A stretch of 64,000 nucleotides of DNA. Origin: Saccostrea echinata (lineage: Eukaryota). The DNA is taken from positions 23,746,001 to 23,810,000 of the forward strand of contig NW_026889774.1 of NCBI RefSeq assembly GCF_033153115.1, in the 5' to 3' direction. Below, piece by piece: positions 48,301-60,699 of this stretch. The notes beneath the pieces are model-generated. The model did not search any database, had not been told where the DNA came from, and was given only the letters and a program-made list of their open reading frames with translations. Position 1 is the first letter of the stretch. The number at the start of each line of letters is the position of its first letter. A program made the translations under genes and the position numbers.

Positions 48301-50714
48301 GAGAGAAAAATAATTTGTGAAAGTTTTTTTTTTTTTGTCATGACCTGTTAGGGCAAGTCTGGGGCCGCAATAGTGGATGAATTTCCATGGGAATATTAAA
48401 GGGGGGGGGGGGGAAGCAAAGCAAAGCCAAGGTGACTCTGTTGAGCATTGTGGCCCATGGGCCTCTTGATATGAACTTTTCCCAAACAGGTAAAATTTTT
48501 CATGAAGTACTAACGTTTCATGAAATATGCCTTTGTGAGAAGTGTATGTTCATATGTATTCATGTGACTGTAGTTTATTTTAGAACAATAGATGTTGATT
48601 GTATACTTTTTATTTACATACAGTCAAACCTTGTTATCTGGAACTCAAAGGGACAAAGTAAAAACTTTGAGATATCCAAGGATTTGATATTGAGGGTAAA
48701 ATACTTAAAGAATAAGGGGTTGGGACTTCCAATCACTTTGACATATCCGTGGTAGTTGAGATTTTCAGTTTTGAGATACAGAGTTCAGCTGTTTTCACTC
48801 TCAGATAAATGTAAAATCTTTTGAAGATTTTGGAAGTGTTACAGTTATTGTGACATCTTCCATTTTTATCTATTTAGAGATAGGATTGTATAAGAATTGT
48901 GACATCTTATGCTGCTATGGGAAGAGTTGTATTTTTGCTCATCAGTGATAGTTCATTAGAGAATGAACTTTTAAAAAAAATAATGAAAAAGGAAAAGTTT
49001 TAGTAATATAAATACTGAGTTCTAGTTTGTTTCGCCAACCATCATGAGTATGGAAAGAATGTTTTTTTTTTTTTTTGTTTTTTTTTTCAGTTTGGCCAAG
49101 ACAATTTATTCCTAATAGTCAGGGCTCTAATTGGCGACTGATTTAGTCGCCAGGCACCTAAAAATTTTGATTGGCGCCTTAAATTTCTCTATAAGTCGCC
49201 AAAGTGGCGACCAGTTAAAATTAAGTTGGTGATCATCAAATTCCGAAACTATGAATATTTTCAACAATTTTTTTTTTCTGAAGAGGAGAAAAGAATCTTA
49301 ATGATTGCAATAGACCCCCTCCCCATCTTGGGACTAAACCAATGAGTCCATATATCTAAATTGGCACCTAAGAAAAAATTGCCTGGCGACTAACAATTTG
49401 CATTGGCAACTAAATATATTTTATTAGGCGCCAGCTGGCGCCTAAATTTTAGAGGTCACTTAGAGGCCTGATAGTAAGCTGACTACTTAATGTGAAATCA
49501 GTAAACTTGGCAAGCACATCAATGTCTCTTGTGTCTTGAATGTTGTATGTAGACTAGTGTATAATCAACAAAATCAAAGTTGATGTGGGAGAGGAGAGGG
49601 GCAGGGTAAATTGGAGGTAAAAGACAAGGGAGAAGGGGTTGTGAAGGAGAGAAAGAGGATTAGGGGAGAGGGAGAATAGTACTCTTGTGCCCACCTCACT
49701 GATTTTGATAATTCATTGCTGTATCAAAGCTCATTAGGCTACAGTGCATGATGATTGTGTAATCTGTTTTTATTTGACATTGTAGGTATCAAGTCAGTTA
49801 TTTAACAGATGTGCACCTCAAAAGTTATGTGTTCGCTACAAATATGTGAACAGAACTGCATTGAAAAGAAACAGACGGAAGAAGAATGACATGTCCTGGG
49901 CAGCAGACTTGTTAAATTACCAAAAAAATGTATTAAAAGAACAGCCTGAGCCCTCACCACTTCATCTGGTTAAAAGAATTAAACCATTACATGTATTTGG
50001 ACGGCCCAAAAAAGAAAAAACTATGTTGGAGAAAATCGGATTTACATCAAAGGTGAAGTTTGTATAGCACATTTTAGTATAAAATGAAAATTTACAAGTA
50101 GATCAATATGTCAATAATAAAAACATGAATAATGATGAAAGAATAATTTAATGAACTATCTGAAATTTAGATTAAATAGAATGAATATTTCCAATATTGA
50201 TGCCCCACATGTCTGGTACATATATCTAAAAATTATCACATTTGCTTTAAATTTAAAGCTAGGTTCTAAGAATGCACCAAATGCAGTCATTGTGAAGAAC
50301 ACTCCTACAATAAACAATCAGCTAATGCTCATTAAGCACTTGGTTACCGTCACTCCCATCACATTTCCATATGGATATCCTGAAAGCGAGGCAGACTTCG
50401 AACACTGTCGCCTAAATGACAATGGAGAATTCATTTTTGTGAAAGACATCACGCCTAAAGAGGAACAACAGATGTTGCCCATGGAGCCCAAGACAGAAAC
50501 TGTGTGGGACATGGATTCAGAAACTATTAAGAAACATACAGAGAAAATCCGAAGAGACATGAGTTTGAATGAGGAGTTCTTTACAGTTGATCCTGTATAC
50601 AAACTGAACCAAGACGGGAAGGAATACAGATATTTTGGTGATAAATCAAATGAAGGCATTAAACACCACAATGAATTAATTGATCACAAAGATGGCTCAA
50701 AGAAAATGTCCTGA
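45353..50714 (+). CDS. MRPL30: 39S mitochondrial ribosomal protein L30, 3 exons
   Basis: Exons 45353-45379 (MALFMQLQK), 49786-50052, ~50259-50714. Core LHLVKRIKP...RPKKEKTMLEKIGF...VIVKNTPTINNQLMLIKHLVTVTPITFPYGYP resembles uL30m. Exon 1 is inferred from phase and presequence character. Confidence 0.85.
45573..47868. mobile_element. Non-autonomous DNA transposon with GG..CC termini, ~55-bp TIRs and 8-bp TSD (Merlin-like)
   Basis: GGCATAATCATGTTATTCAATTCGCGAA...TTCGCGAATTGAATAACATGATTATGCC; TTCAGATC duplicated at 45565-45572 and 47869-47876. Internal ~332-bp unit x ~2.7 (45703-46612). Interrupts a HINE remnant. Confidence 0.85.
49120..49470. mobile_element. hAT-like MITE
   Basis: cagggctctaa...ttagaggcctg TIR (10/11), subterminal tggcg(a/c)c repeats, ATAGT on both flanks. 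Confidence 0.6.
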
Positions 50715-51377
50715 ATACAATACACAAGATATAACTTTTATTGTATTAAATGTAATTTTGAACTAAATATTTGTTTGTTTGTTTGTTTTTTTTCTAAATG
50801 GATTTTTTTTGGGGGGGGGGGGGGGGTAACCAGAGACAATCATATATTTTTATCTATTCCCCTCAGTTCTTGTGAGGTTTGCTTCATGCATTCTTAACAA
50901 AATTCAGAGTATTTTGTGCTTTTTTTAATTTTTTTTTTTTAAATGCTAAACCAATTTCAACTAAACTTAATGTATAGCATCTATGAATGCAGTCAACTGA
51001 AACCTGTTAATTTTCTTTGTCCTCACTTATACCTTAGAGTTGTTGCCAGATTCATCAGAATTGATTCAATCTTTAAAATATCTCTTTCTTTATCAAGTGG
51101 ACAAACTGCATCATATAATGAGTAATTAGTCATTACCATATTTTTTAATTCATTATAATAGAATGGGATTATGTTGGTCATGTATTGAGAATTGAGACTT
51201 TTATTTTTTTCAGCTGTGAAAATCTTCACTCCTGTATACATTGCATGGAAAATTTAAAGTGTATGATTATGAAAAGCAATCAGTTCTTGTAAATTAGATT
51301 CTAAGAAATGCATTATATCTTAGAAAGTCATCTTTGACCCACAACATCTTATTCAGGCACCTTATGACCAAGCATTA

Positions 51378-52820
51378 TTTTTTAGCTCTACTGGTCAGAG
51401 ACCAGAAGAGCTTATGCATTGGTAAGGTGTCCATTGTCTGTCCATCTGTCTAGCTGTCGGTCCCTTTGTAAACATTTTTCAAAACAATATTCCTCCTACA
51501 GTTTGGGACCAATTTCAAAAAGACTTGGTTCACAAGTAGTGTTTAGTTAGATACATAATTCTCTTTATTGTTGTTTTGATTTTGACAAACAGTGTTGCCA
51601 TGGTTACTAAAAATAGAAATTTTGGAATTCTTTCAAAATGCTACTCCTTTAACAGTTTTGGTTCAATTTCATTATGACTTAGAACAGATGTAGACTATAC
51701 TAAGATACAGAATTCTCACTATTAGTTTTTAATTTTGACAAATGGTGTTGCCATGGTTACAGAAAATAAAAAAAATCTTGGAAATTCTTTCAAAACACTA
51801 CTCTCCCTACAGTTCTGGTCTGATTTTAATAAAATTTGGTACACAAGTAGTCTAGACAAAACTAAGAAACATAATTCTAATTATCGTTTTTTGATTTTGA
51901 CATGAGGTGTTGTCATGGTTACTAAAAATAGAAATTTCTGTGCATTTCTTTCAAACCCTACTCTTCCTTCAGTTTTGGTCGAATTTCACTATGATTTGGT
52001 ACGTACACATGTAAGTAGACTTTACTAAGATACATGATTCTGAATATCGGTTTTTCATTTCTACATATGGTGTTGCCATGGATACTAATAAATAAAAATT
52101 TCTGTGAAATTCTTTCAAACGCTTTTCTTCTTCCAATTTTTGAGATTTTTCAAAGACTTGGTTTAAGTAGACTACACTAAGATACACAATTCTTTATATT
52201 GGTGTTTGATAATGAACCAAAATCCACCGTTGCCACCGATACTAAAAATAGAAATATATGAGTAATTCTTCCCCCTACAGTTTAAATAAGGCCCCGGGAT
52301 CATGAAATAGACTTAGACTTAATTCAGTCAATTTTTCCCTTGCTTTCAAAATGTTGAATAACTATTGAATTAATCTCTAAATATGCAGAGAACAACATTT
52401 TTAAACCCTCTGCTCACTCATATAAAATGTTTAATTCTTATGATTTTCGAAAAGAATGGTACATGTATTTGTTAAGTAAAATACAAACAATTATAGCATA
52501 GCTTGCGGGGCAAAATTGGACCAAAAAAAGACACTTCAACTTGACAAATTTATAAAGGAATGATAATTATTTATGTCATTAACAGGTATCTGCCTTATCA
52601 GAGTATCGATGAACCTTAAGGAACATTGAAAATTAGTTTAAGTTGGTCTGCTTGACTTTTAAAAAATTTTAGTACAACATGAAAATTTTGACTTAAGCTT
52701 AAGATGTTTCATGATCCAGGGGCCAAATTTCAGTAAGACTTGGTACACAAGTAGACTATACTTTGATAAATAATTCTGTTTATTGGTTTTTGATTTCAAC
52801 AATCGATGTTACAATGTGTT
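51378..52820 (+). mobile_element. Degenerate HINE-like element with ~155-bp tandem cores
   Basis: ttttagctctactggtcagagaccagaagagc hairpin start, GTCC/GTCT microsatellite, repeated gttgccatggttactaaaaatagaaat cores. Confidence 0.65.
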
Positions 52821-55800
52821 AGTATAAATCAAGCACATAGTATCGGAGGATGGAGCAATTTTTTCCAAACAGAACATTTTACGGTTGAAAATTTGAAAGG
52901 CTAAATTGCACCCCTCCCCCTCTCAACAACTTTTTGTTGTTATAAAGTTAAACTTGGTATTGTTATATATTAATATTTGGTTGTGAAAAAAAATTGAAAC
53001 CTATCCCAATCCCCCAACCTCCCCTTCCCCCACGAAATAGAATTTTGGAGTTTTGACAACCCCCTTCCATTTTTTTTTTCAGGTAAGTTGACAAATACCC
53101 CGAAATCAGATTTCGATGTAAACACGTTTGTCTTAATCATAAGTACACACGTAGAGCTACAGTCTCGTCAGAGACTTCTACTCAACGATTGGAGAGTTGA
53201 TAAACAGAAAAAAAGACCTGTAAAAAAGTGGCGGGGGGGGGGGGGGGCAACTGCCTTTCAATGAAAACCTCAGTGCTCGCCGTCGTACTACTTGCGGGTG
53301 CCACTTTTTCTAATGCATTAAACATACTTATAATCAATGACAAACATTTCATAAATTTCTATCTATATTCAAAGTTTTTCAACATAAAAACGTATAGCTT
53401 AATTTTATTACTTATTACTCGAATCTAGCAAACTGTATGTTTGATGACCATGAGCCTCCCCCCCCCCCCCGATATTGTGAAATGCGAATCCCCTTTGTTT
53501 ATGGTTTAGCTGCAATAATGTAGCCCTCCCTGTTTTTTTTCTTTGGGGGGGGGGGGGGTAGCATCTAGCAGGCAGATTTATTGTGTTGTAATAATGCACA
53601 CAAAAATTCTCTTTATAAAAATTAAAATTCCCGTCACCTGGGTCCAGAGTTCCAGTCCCAGGAGAAGATTAAGTGCAGTAATTTGTGTTCATGATATGAG
53701 CTTTATTACTTTTAAATTTTTGATTTATAAATTTTATTGATTTGATATTTTTATGCTGAACTGCATATTAAAATAGCTGCTCAGGAGTCATAATTTTCAA
53801 ATTCGACGAAAAAATAAAAAATAAATGTATGCCTGATGAGACAGAAATGCAACCAGACGTCTGACCTTTTAACCTTAACGAATGACTCTGCAGCTCATTT
53901 TGAGTGATTGTTAAGATAACGATTATTTAACGTCAATCCCTATCGTTATTTAAAAAGTATAGTTTTTGAAAAAAGCAAAATATTGACAGGCATGCTTAAA
54001 ATTACTCATTGATGAGCGTCTGAGCTTAATCGCTCGATCCCACAAAGATTAGTACAGAACTATTGTATAGACATTGAAAATAAGACCAATTATTTTTTCG
54101 ATGCCAAAATTATTAATGGAGTATTGCGAAAATGGCTGTGTTCATATTACATGTCAGATTTTCCCATGGGATTATTATCCAGTAAATCGGGTTTACCGAA
54201 TTTCAAGTCAACAGTAGCCCCATGTAAAATATAGTTTTAATAATTGATGTTTTATTTCCGTGTCCTTTGCAATCGTTGTATGTTTCATCAAAGATGTATC
54301 ATTATTTTGTCCATTTCATAAAAGTTTCCACATGAACTACAAAAGTAGCCATTGTATTTCATTCGAGTTATTAAAGTGACTTAATTAGGTATTTTAAATG
54401 CGTTTTTTTTTCGTCGTGCTTTGTGCATCATTGTATCATACATTTTTTTTGGACATTTGCGACATCACCAGAAGTACTCAACCTATTTCCACCAAATCAC
54501 AGGTCTATGTTTGCTCAAAGGAACAGCAATACCCCTTCCCCCCAAAAAATATATATAGGAAAGAGGGAAAAACAATCGCCAGAAATGACGAATTTCAGCC
54601 CCCCCCCCCGGGCCCCCACAATGCAGTATTCGCCTGTAGTACTATTGCATTTTTTAAAAACTATTATTCTAAAACATAATCCGGTAAAAAGGAATGGATT
54701 TTTTTATCTGAAGTGCTTTTTGTTTGTTTTGTTTTTGGTTTTTTTTTTTTTTTTGAGGGGGGTGATAAGAAAATTGAATATTGCCATTTTTATAGACGAT
54801 TCTACTCTTTTTTTCCCGTTATATATGACAGGTCACAGCAAAATCAATCTGATCATTAATTTAGCCTCAACACTGGTATATTCTGCTGAAAATCTTTATT
54901 TTTTTAACCACATCCCTATAGGCCAAGAGGACCCCTGGCGCCAAAAAATGAAATTTCAAAACTTGGAAAGATATATATGACATGACTAATCCTATGCTAG
55001 GAGAATTTTTGGGTACGTAGGCGTTTTTTACGTATAAATGTTATGTTTACGTTATCGTCTGAATAATGTATAAATTATCCGCACCAGCTGCTCAAATAAT
55101 TTTCTTTGAAAATGAGAATTCTAGCATGATTTGCGGGTTTTTAAAAATAGATTTTCCCTATTAAATTATAACCGGACACTTGATCGTTCTTGGTGATGAC
55201 TGACAAATGCAAGACTTCTACGAGGGTTAAGTTACAGTTCAATAAATTCGCTGTTGTTTAGATTGAAAGGATTGTGCAGATATATCATGGAGTTGAGGCA
55301 GGTGGATGAATTTGATTGTGAGAGGGGAAAATAACCCTTCTTAAATATCTTCTGAATGCAAGAATTTGTCAAAAGATCAAATTAAAAAAATTGTGTGAAA
55401 AAAAATTAAATGAAAGAAATAAAACGATGACAATAATAAAATGCAGTGCATTTGTACAAACCTAGCGTTTGAGAGCACACTGCCCGTTTATGTTATAGTA
55501 AGTATGAAAAGATATTCCAGGCGATTTAAGTTCACCATTTTTGTACATACATGTTTGTCACTTTAAATTACCTTAGATGAAAATGAATACAGTGCTAAAG
55601 CTCTCATGTAGAAAGTATCTGGCAACGCTTTGTACTCTATGCCGGTCGAGTAAATCATATTTTAAAAAATATCAAATTTGTATGTACAGAAAGTGTGAAG
55701 CCATCTTCTATTTTCAAAAAAAAAAATTCTTTTTTGATCGATAACAATCGTGTTTCGATCGTTTCGTGTAAACATGCTAATTGATGATAAGTAATTAATA

Positions 55801-56329
55801 TTAATTATATACCCCGGTGATGTGTCAGAGCTGAATTTTGAACAAAAAAAAAAAGAAAAGAATGCGATGCATAACAAATAATGTCTCTGACAAAAAAATT
55901 GATCCGGGAATTAACTCGATCTTAGTTATAAATACTAACAAAATACTCTTCGTTTGCATTCGGACTGAACAATGCAAACGGAATGTCATCAACTGGTAAG
56001 AATTCGCATGAATTGTACTATCAATTCAAAATAAAGAGAACTTAATTTCAATATAAATACTAATAGTAAATTAGTTTCGTGTTTGAATGTGCTTTGACTA
56101 TATTAAAAAAAAAAATTATAAGCATTAAATGATTTTTTCCCCTCTTTGTACTCTGTCATAAATCAAAGGAGATGTGCATAATTATTTGAGGGGAAAAAAT
56201 GTGTAAAGTGTACGCATGTTTACAAGTGTGTTATCACATAATTTATAATATTTACAAATATCATAAAAACGATCTTTAAAATATAAAACGTCACTTTTTA
56301 CAGGTTATCGTCATTATTGTGTGGTAAAC

Positions 56330-58180
56330 ATGCTTTTCACGTCGATTGCGTTGTTGGTGCTCGTAATTGGGAAATCAAATGCCAATATCGATAACATACT
56401 TAGTTCATTTAACATGTTTAACGAGTCCTGCAAAATCTACAACGGTACCGTTCTGGAATTCAACTGTGAGGTGCACTCGATGACGACGTGGAGATTTTCA
56501 GAGTTCCGTCACTGGACTTTGTTACAAAGCCGTCCAAAAATCTATCTGAACATCACATGTAAAGGTGGACAACTCGTCCTCACTCATCCAATAAATGCCG
56601 GGAATCTGACAGAATTAAGGATAAGGGACTGTCTAAATATAACGGGGATGTTCGCAAAGTTTGAAGAAGGAGTTCTGGAGGGTTCTTTTGCCACAAAGAT
56701 GTCTGGGACACTAAGGGATACTGACATGACATTACGAATTTTGGAAATTACAAATTCTTCCTACTTGTACAATACCAGAAGCGTTCTTCAGCATTCTGAC
56801 TGGTTACAGAGACTCTACGGCTGCATGACCTTCTTTCCTCGAGGGCTTCGTGTCTTGAAACAGAGTAAAACACATTTTGAGGGAGATTTTGACGGATTTC
56901 AGGACCTACCCGTGGGAAATATCTGTGATTATAACAGATTGGAAGTGTACGAAAAGTCTGTTTTTCTCTCGAAGATTCTCTTTTTCGACTATGAATCGGA
57001 GAATGAAATATTTTATTTTCTACGTTTTGGAAAATTCAAGAACTTGCGTGTTGCAAATTTCTCGAATATGAACCTACACTTTATACCAACCCATTTTACG
57101 GAGTACAACTGGTTTCGACGTTTTGAATCCATCGAAATAATTGATCTTTCGCATAACAGAATAAAAGAGATTCCTTATCTAAGAAATCCAAAATCAGGTG
57201 TAAAAATTATTTTACAACACAACAATATTTCCAAAATCACCATGACCTTGATAGACAAACTTAGACAGGTTTATGGCATGCTCGTGGATTTTTCCAAGAA
57301 CAGATTTTCTTGCACCTGCGAGGACGAACAAGAGACGATACTTCGCTTTGTCAAGAACAAAATAGAAGAAAACTGGGCGACCCCCTACCGATTCCTTGGA
57401 AACGAAACTTGCTCATTTCCATCAACATTAGAAGGGATGACCTTCAAATCCCTTGACGCTAAGCTTCTCTGTCCAGGAATAGCCGACCCAATACCATCCA
57501 ATACTGCCCAATACCCGAATATCTCGTTCATCATTCTCATTGTTCTGGCAGTTGTCGCACTTATTTGTATTGCTTTTATGTTTCGTAGGGAGATCAGAAT
57601 GTTGTCCTACACAAGACTAGGGATCCGCTTCTGGAGACCAAGAAGAAACACCGCCAAGGAGTACGACGCGTTTATATCTTACAGCACATTGGACGAGAGT
57701 TGGGTCTTGGGAACTCTTTGTAAGCGCCTAGAGAAACTGCGGCTTTGTCTTCACCATAAGCACTTTGTTCTCGGAGCCTGCATATCGGACAACATTATAG
57801 AAAGTGTGGAGAGAAGCAGACACACTATAATTGTGTTGTCCGAGAATTTTTTGCAGAGCGAGTGGTGCCTGTTGGAATTCCGAAAAGCTTTTCATCAGAC
57901 TCTACTGGAAAGGAAACGCCATTTAATTGTTATCCTGATGAATAATGTTAAAATTGATACGCTTGAACCGGAAATGAAACATTTCTTACGAACTCATACT
58001 TACCTTAAACTGAACGACTTCTTGTTTTGGGATCGTCTTATTTATGCTGTTTCCGATGCAAAGTTTCAATCGTCTGAGAAAAGAAAACATCTTAGAAAAG
58101 AGAATTCTTTGTCTGTAGACAATATGGAGGTTGACCCTCTGAAATCGGACACTGTTCTTACAATTAATAATAGTAACTAA
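56330..58180 (+). CDS. Toll-like receptor (signal peptide, few LRRs, LRRCT, TM, TIR), intronless CDS
   Basis: IEIIDLSHNRIKEIP and IILQHNNISKI LRRs, NRFSCTC LRRCT, hydrophobic TM, TIR with YDAFISYS, QSEWCLLEF and FW. ATG at 56330; probable 5' UTR intron ~55996-56303. Confidence 0.93.
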   Translation: MLFTSIALLVLVIGKSNANIDNILSSFNMFNESCKIYNGTVLEFNCEVHSMTTWRFSEFRHWTLLQSRPKIYLNITCKGGQLVLTHPINAGNLTELRIRDCLNITGMFAKFEEGVLEGSFATKMSGTLRDTDMTLRILEITNSSYLYNTRSVLQHSDWLQRLYGCMTFFPRGLRVLKQSKTHFEGDFDGFQDLPVGNICDYNRLEVYEKSVFLSKILFFDYESENEIFYFLRFGKFKNLRVANFSNMNLHFIPTHFTEYNWFRRFESIEIIDLSHNRIKEIPYLRNPKSGVKIILQHNNISKITMTLIDKLRQVYGMLVDFSKNRFSCTCEDEQETILRFVKNKIEENWATPYRFLGNETCSFPSTLEGMTFKSLDAKLLCPGIADPIPSNTAQYPNISFIILIVLAVVALICIAFMFRREIRMLSYTRLGIRFWRPRRNTAKEYDAFISYSTLDESWVLGTLCKRLEKLRLCLHHKHFVLGACISDNIIESVERSRHTIIVLSENFLQSEWCLLEFRKAFHQTLLERKRHLIVILMNNVKIDTLEPEMKHFLRTHTYLKLNDFLFWDRLIYAVSDAKFQSSEKRKHLRKENSLSVDNMEVDPLKSDTVLTINNSN

Positions 58181-58869
58181 GGGACAAAATTAGTGTTTGC
58201 AACTTTACAAACTCATGTACATGTAGGTTAGATCTTACTGCTTTTTGTAGATGATAGTATTAGAAGTAGCTATAGGGTACTCTTTGTTGTTTGCCTAGAA
58301 ATGTAACGTATAACTGACGACACTGAGCTCAGTTGAAAGATATATCACAGTTCAAATGTATGTTGAAAATAGATGTGACGTCAGAGACCTTTTGCTGATT
58401 TACTTTTAATCTGTGTTGAGGCAGTGCTTGCCAATCTTTTTTATTTACCTGCCCTTTGATGTACATGTAATGAGTAAATTGTTTCATGTAACCTTTCGCG
58501 TGACAATGGAAGACAAATACATAGATCTAACTTTTTTAATTTCAAATTACGTCTCTTTCATTACTTGGGTTTTTATTTTCTCGAGGTTGTCCTGCAAATA
58601 TGAGGTATGTACATACATGATGTTTGTCACTTAAATTGAATTATAGGAAGTAATTATTGTATAAGCATATATTATATTCTTCACCGAGAAATGAATCTAA
58701 ATTACAAATGAAATTGTACATTTTTTTAAAATAAAAACCTTAAAGCTTCGTTGAAATTCTAAATTTTACTAAAGGATTGACTGTAAAAATTATTACTTTT
58801 ATCGAGAAACGAATCTAGAAAAAGAATTGCATGCTTTCTTATATATATATATATAAGTGATCTTTTTCT

Positions 58870-59047
58870 TTTGAGGGATCTTTTTCGTGCCAGCACCTAC
58901 TGCGACACGGGACCTCGGTTTATACGGTCTCATCCGAAGGACCGGTCTTCACGTCCCACAGTGGGATTCGAACCCTCGACGTAAGGATCAACTCCTTACT
59001 CTGCGACTCTAGAGCGAACGCTCTAACCACTACGCCACGCGGGCGAC
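58870..59047 (-). mobile_element. tRNA-derived SINE, truncated
   Basis: Minus strand has A box tggcgtagtgg, B box ggttcgaatccc, then a non-tRNA body (ccttcggatgagaccgtataaaccgaggtcccgtgtc). Confidence 0.75.
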
Positions 59048-59485
59048 AGTTTTCTCATTGAAGAGTGTCCAGTGTCCGTCTGTGTATCTTGTGTTGTCCT
59101 TTCCAATTTCTCCAGAACTGCTATATAGGGCAGTTTTAACCAAACTTGCCACAAAATATCTATGGTGAAAGGAATTCAGATTTAATCATAAGAAGGGCCA
59201 CACCCTTTTTCAGGAGGAAATAATCGAGAAAGAATGAAATTTAGTGGCATCATTTTTAAAAAAAAATCTTTTGAAGAACCACTTGGCAAAAAAGACAATA
59301 ATTATTGATTATGTGAACAATACCCCAATGTACTTAGGTTGGGGCCATAATAAGGGTCAAAGTTTTACCCAAGAATGTATAGAAGAAGGGGAAAAAGTTT
59401 GTTCAACACTTTCACCCCCCCCCCATCCCCCAACCCATTTTAGAGTAGGACTACAATATGAAATGGAAATTATATATACTATATA

Positions 59486-60553
59486 CGAAGGTTGTTCGGG
59501 AAAGTTCGTGGACTACAGTCCTAACTTTCGTTCTTAACGTGATATTATATCCAAATTTGGAAGAAATATTTCAACAGTAAATTCAAATGGTATGTATTAA
59601 AAAAAAATAAAATATCCGTGATTTATTTCAAACTTATTTAGACTTAAAAAATGCGAAAATCGGATCACGGAGCAAGTCAAAATTTTGTAATTTACAGTCA
59701 AGACAGTAAGTAATATCTGAAGTCATATCTTCTGTAAAATGACACATAAACGGAAAAATTCTCCAGGTTCAAATTAAGAATTGTTTCATCGTTTCTGATT
59801 CTAAATTATGACTTAATATTTTGCTTCCTTTAAAAGAAATCAGCTTCAGAAGATAGGTAGTCGTCATTGAAAAAGGCAAAAAAGATGACGTCGTGGAAAC
59901 GTCAAGGAGCAGCAGTTAACCACACAATTTTGTGTTGTACTCTAAAAAAATCCAGAAAAAAACACTGAAAATGGCTGAGGAAGTAGGAAATATGTCAAAA
60001 GCAAGCCATGCATCTGTTTGTACATGGTACAAGCGGTATTTGAATGATAGACTACTCTGCTTAGACGATGGTGATCTGTGAGAAAACGGATTATCTGTAA
60101 AAATCTTATCAAAAACATTGAAAAGTTAGTAACGCTATGCTAAGGGTTTGGCGCTTTTCAAATGCTGATCTTGTGAAAGCACACTTATCCAGTGAAAAAA
60201 AATACAACATTGACAAACAAAATAATGCTACTGGAAGAATTGTTAGCAAAATAGATTTCAAATGATAAAGAAACGTTTTTAGTGAGTGCACTGGTATTGG
60301 GCAATACTGTGTGAAATGTATAGGGATAGTATTTTTGAGAACCTCATGTCGGTATGTTTTGACGTTACAGTGTTGTTGAGTTTGCTCCGTAGTTACAAAA
60401 CGTGTTGATTTTAAAATCAAATAACATTAATTCTATTAAATCACATGGATTGAAACTTCACACGTAAACAAAAAAGTATTTTTACATATGATAATGTGCT
60501 CATTTTAAATTTCTTGAAGACAGTATAACGAACATTGGCAATAGTCCACGAAC
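59486..60553 (+). mobile_element. Internally deleted mariner-type element with transposase remnants
   Basis: TA|cgaaggttgttcgggaaagttcgtggacta left TIR; right TIR tagtccacgaac cut by the gap. HTH-like KTLKMAEEVGNMSKASHASVCTWYKRYLNDRLLCLDD at ~59960-60070 and a CVKCIG C-terminal remnant near 60310. Confidence 0.65.
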
Positions 60554-60699
60554 NNNNNNNNNNNNNNNNNNNNNNNNNNNNNNNNNNNNNNNNNNNNNNN
60601 NNNNNNNNNNNNNNNNNNNNNNNNNNNNNNNNNNNNNNNNNNNNNNNNNNNNNNNNNNNNNNNNNNNNNNNNNNNNNNNNNNNNNNNNNNNNNNNNNNN
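60554..60699. other. Assembly gap
   Basis: Run of 146 N. Confidence 1.

Noticed and set aside
50151-50258. N-terminal part of the 187-aa ORF
   Set aside because: Intron read-through; MRPL30 similarity begins after the acceptor near 50258.
54398-54980. 185-aa and 93-aa ORFs upstream of the TLR
   Set aside because: Homopolymer-rich, no domain or splice support.
56321-56329. GTG start of the TLR ORF
   Set aside because: Eukaryotic gene; the ATG at 56330 directly precedes the signal peptide.
58955-59047. Intron-containing or amber-suppressor tRNA (CTA in the loop region)
   Set aside because: Anticodon and acceptor stems do not pair properly and the sequence continues into a SINE body.
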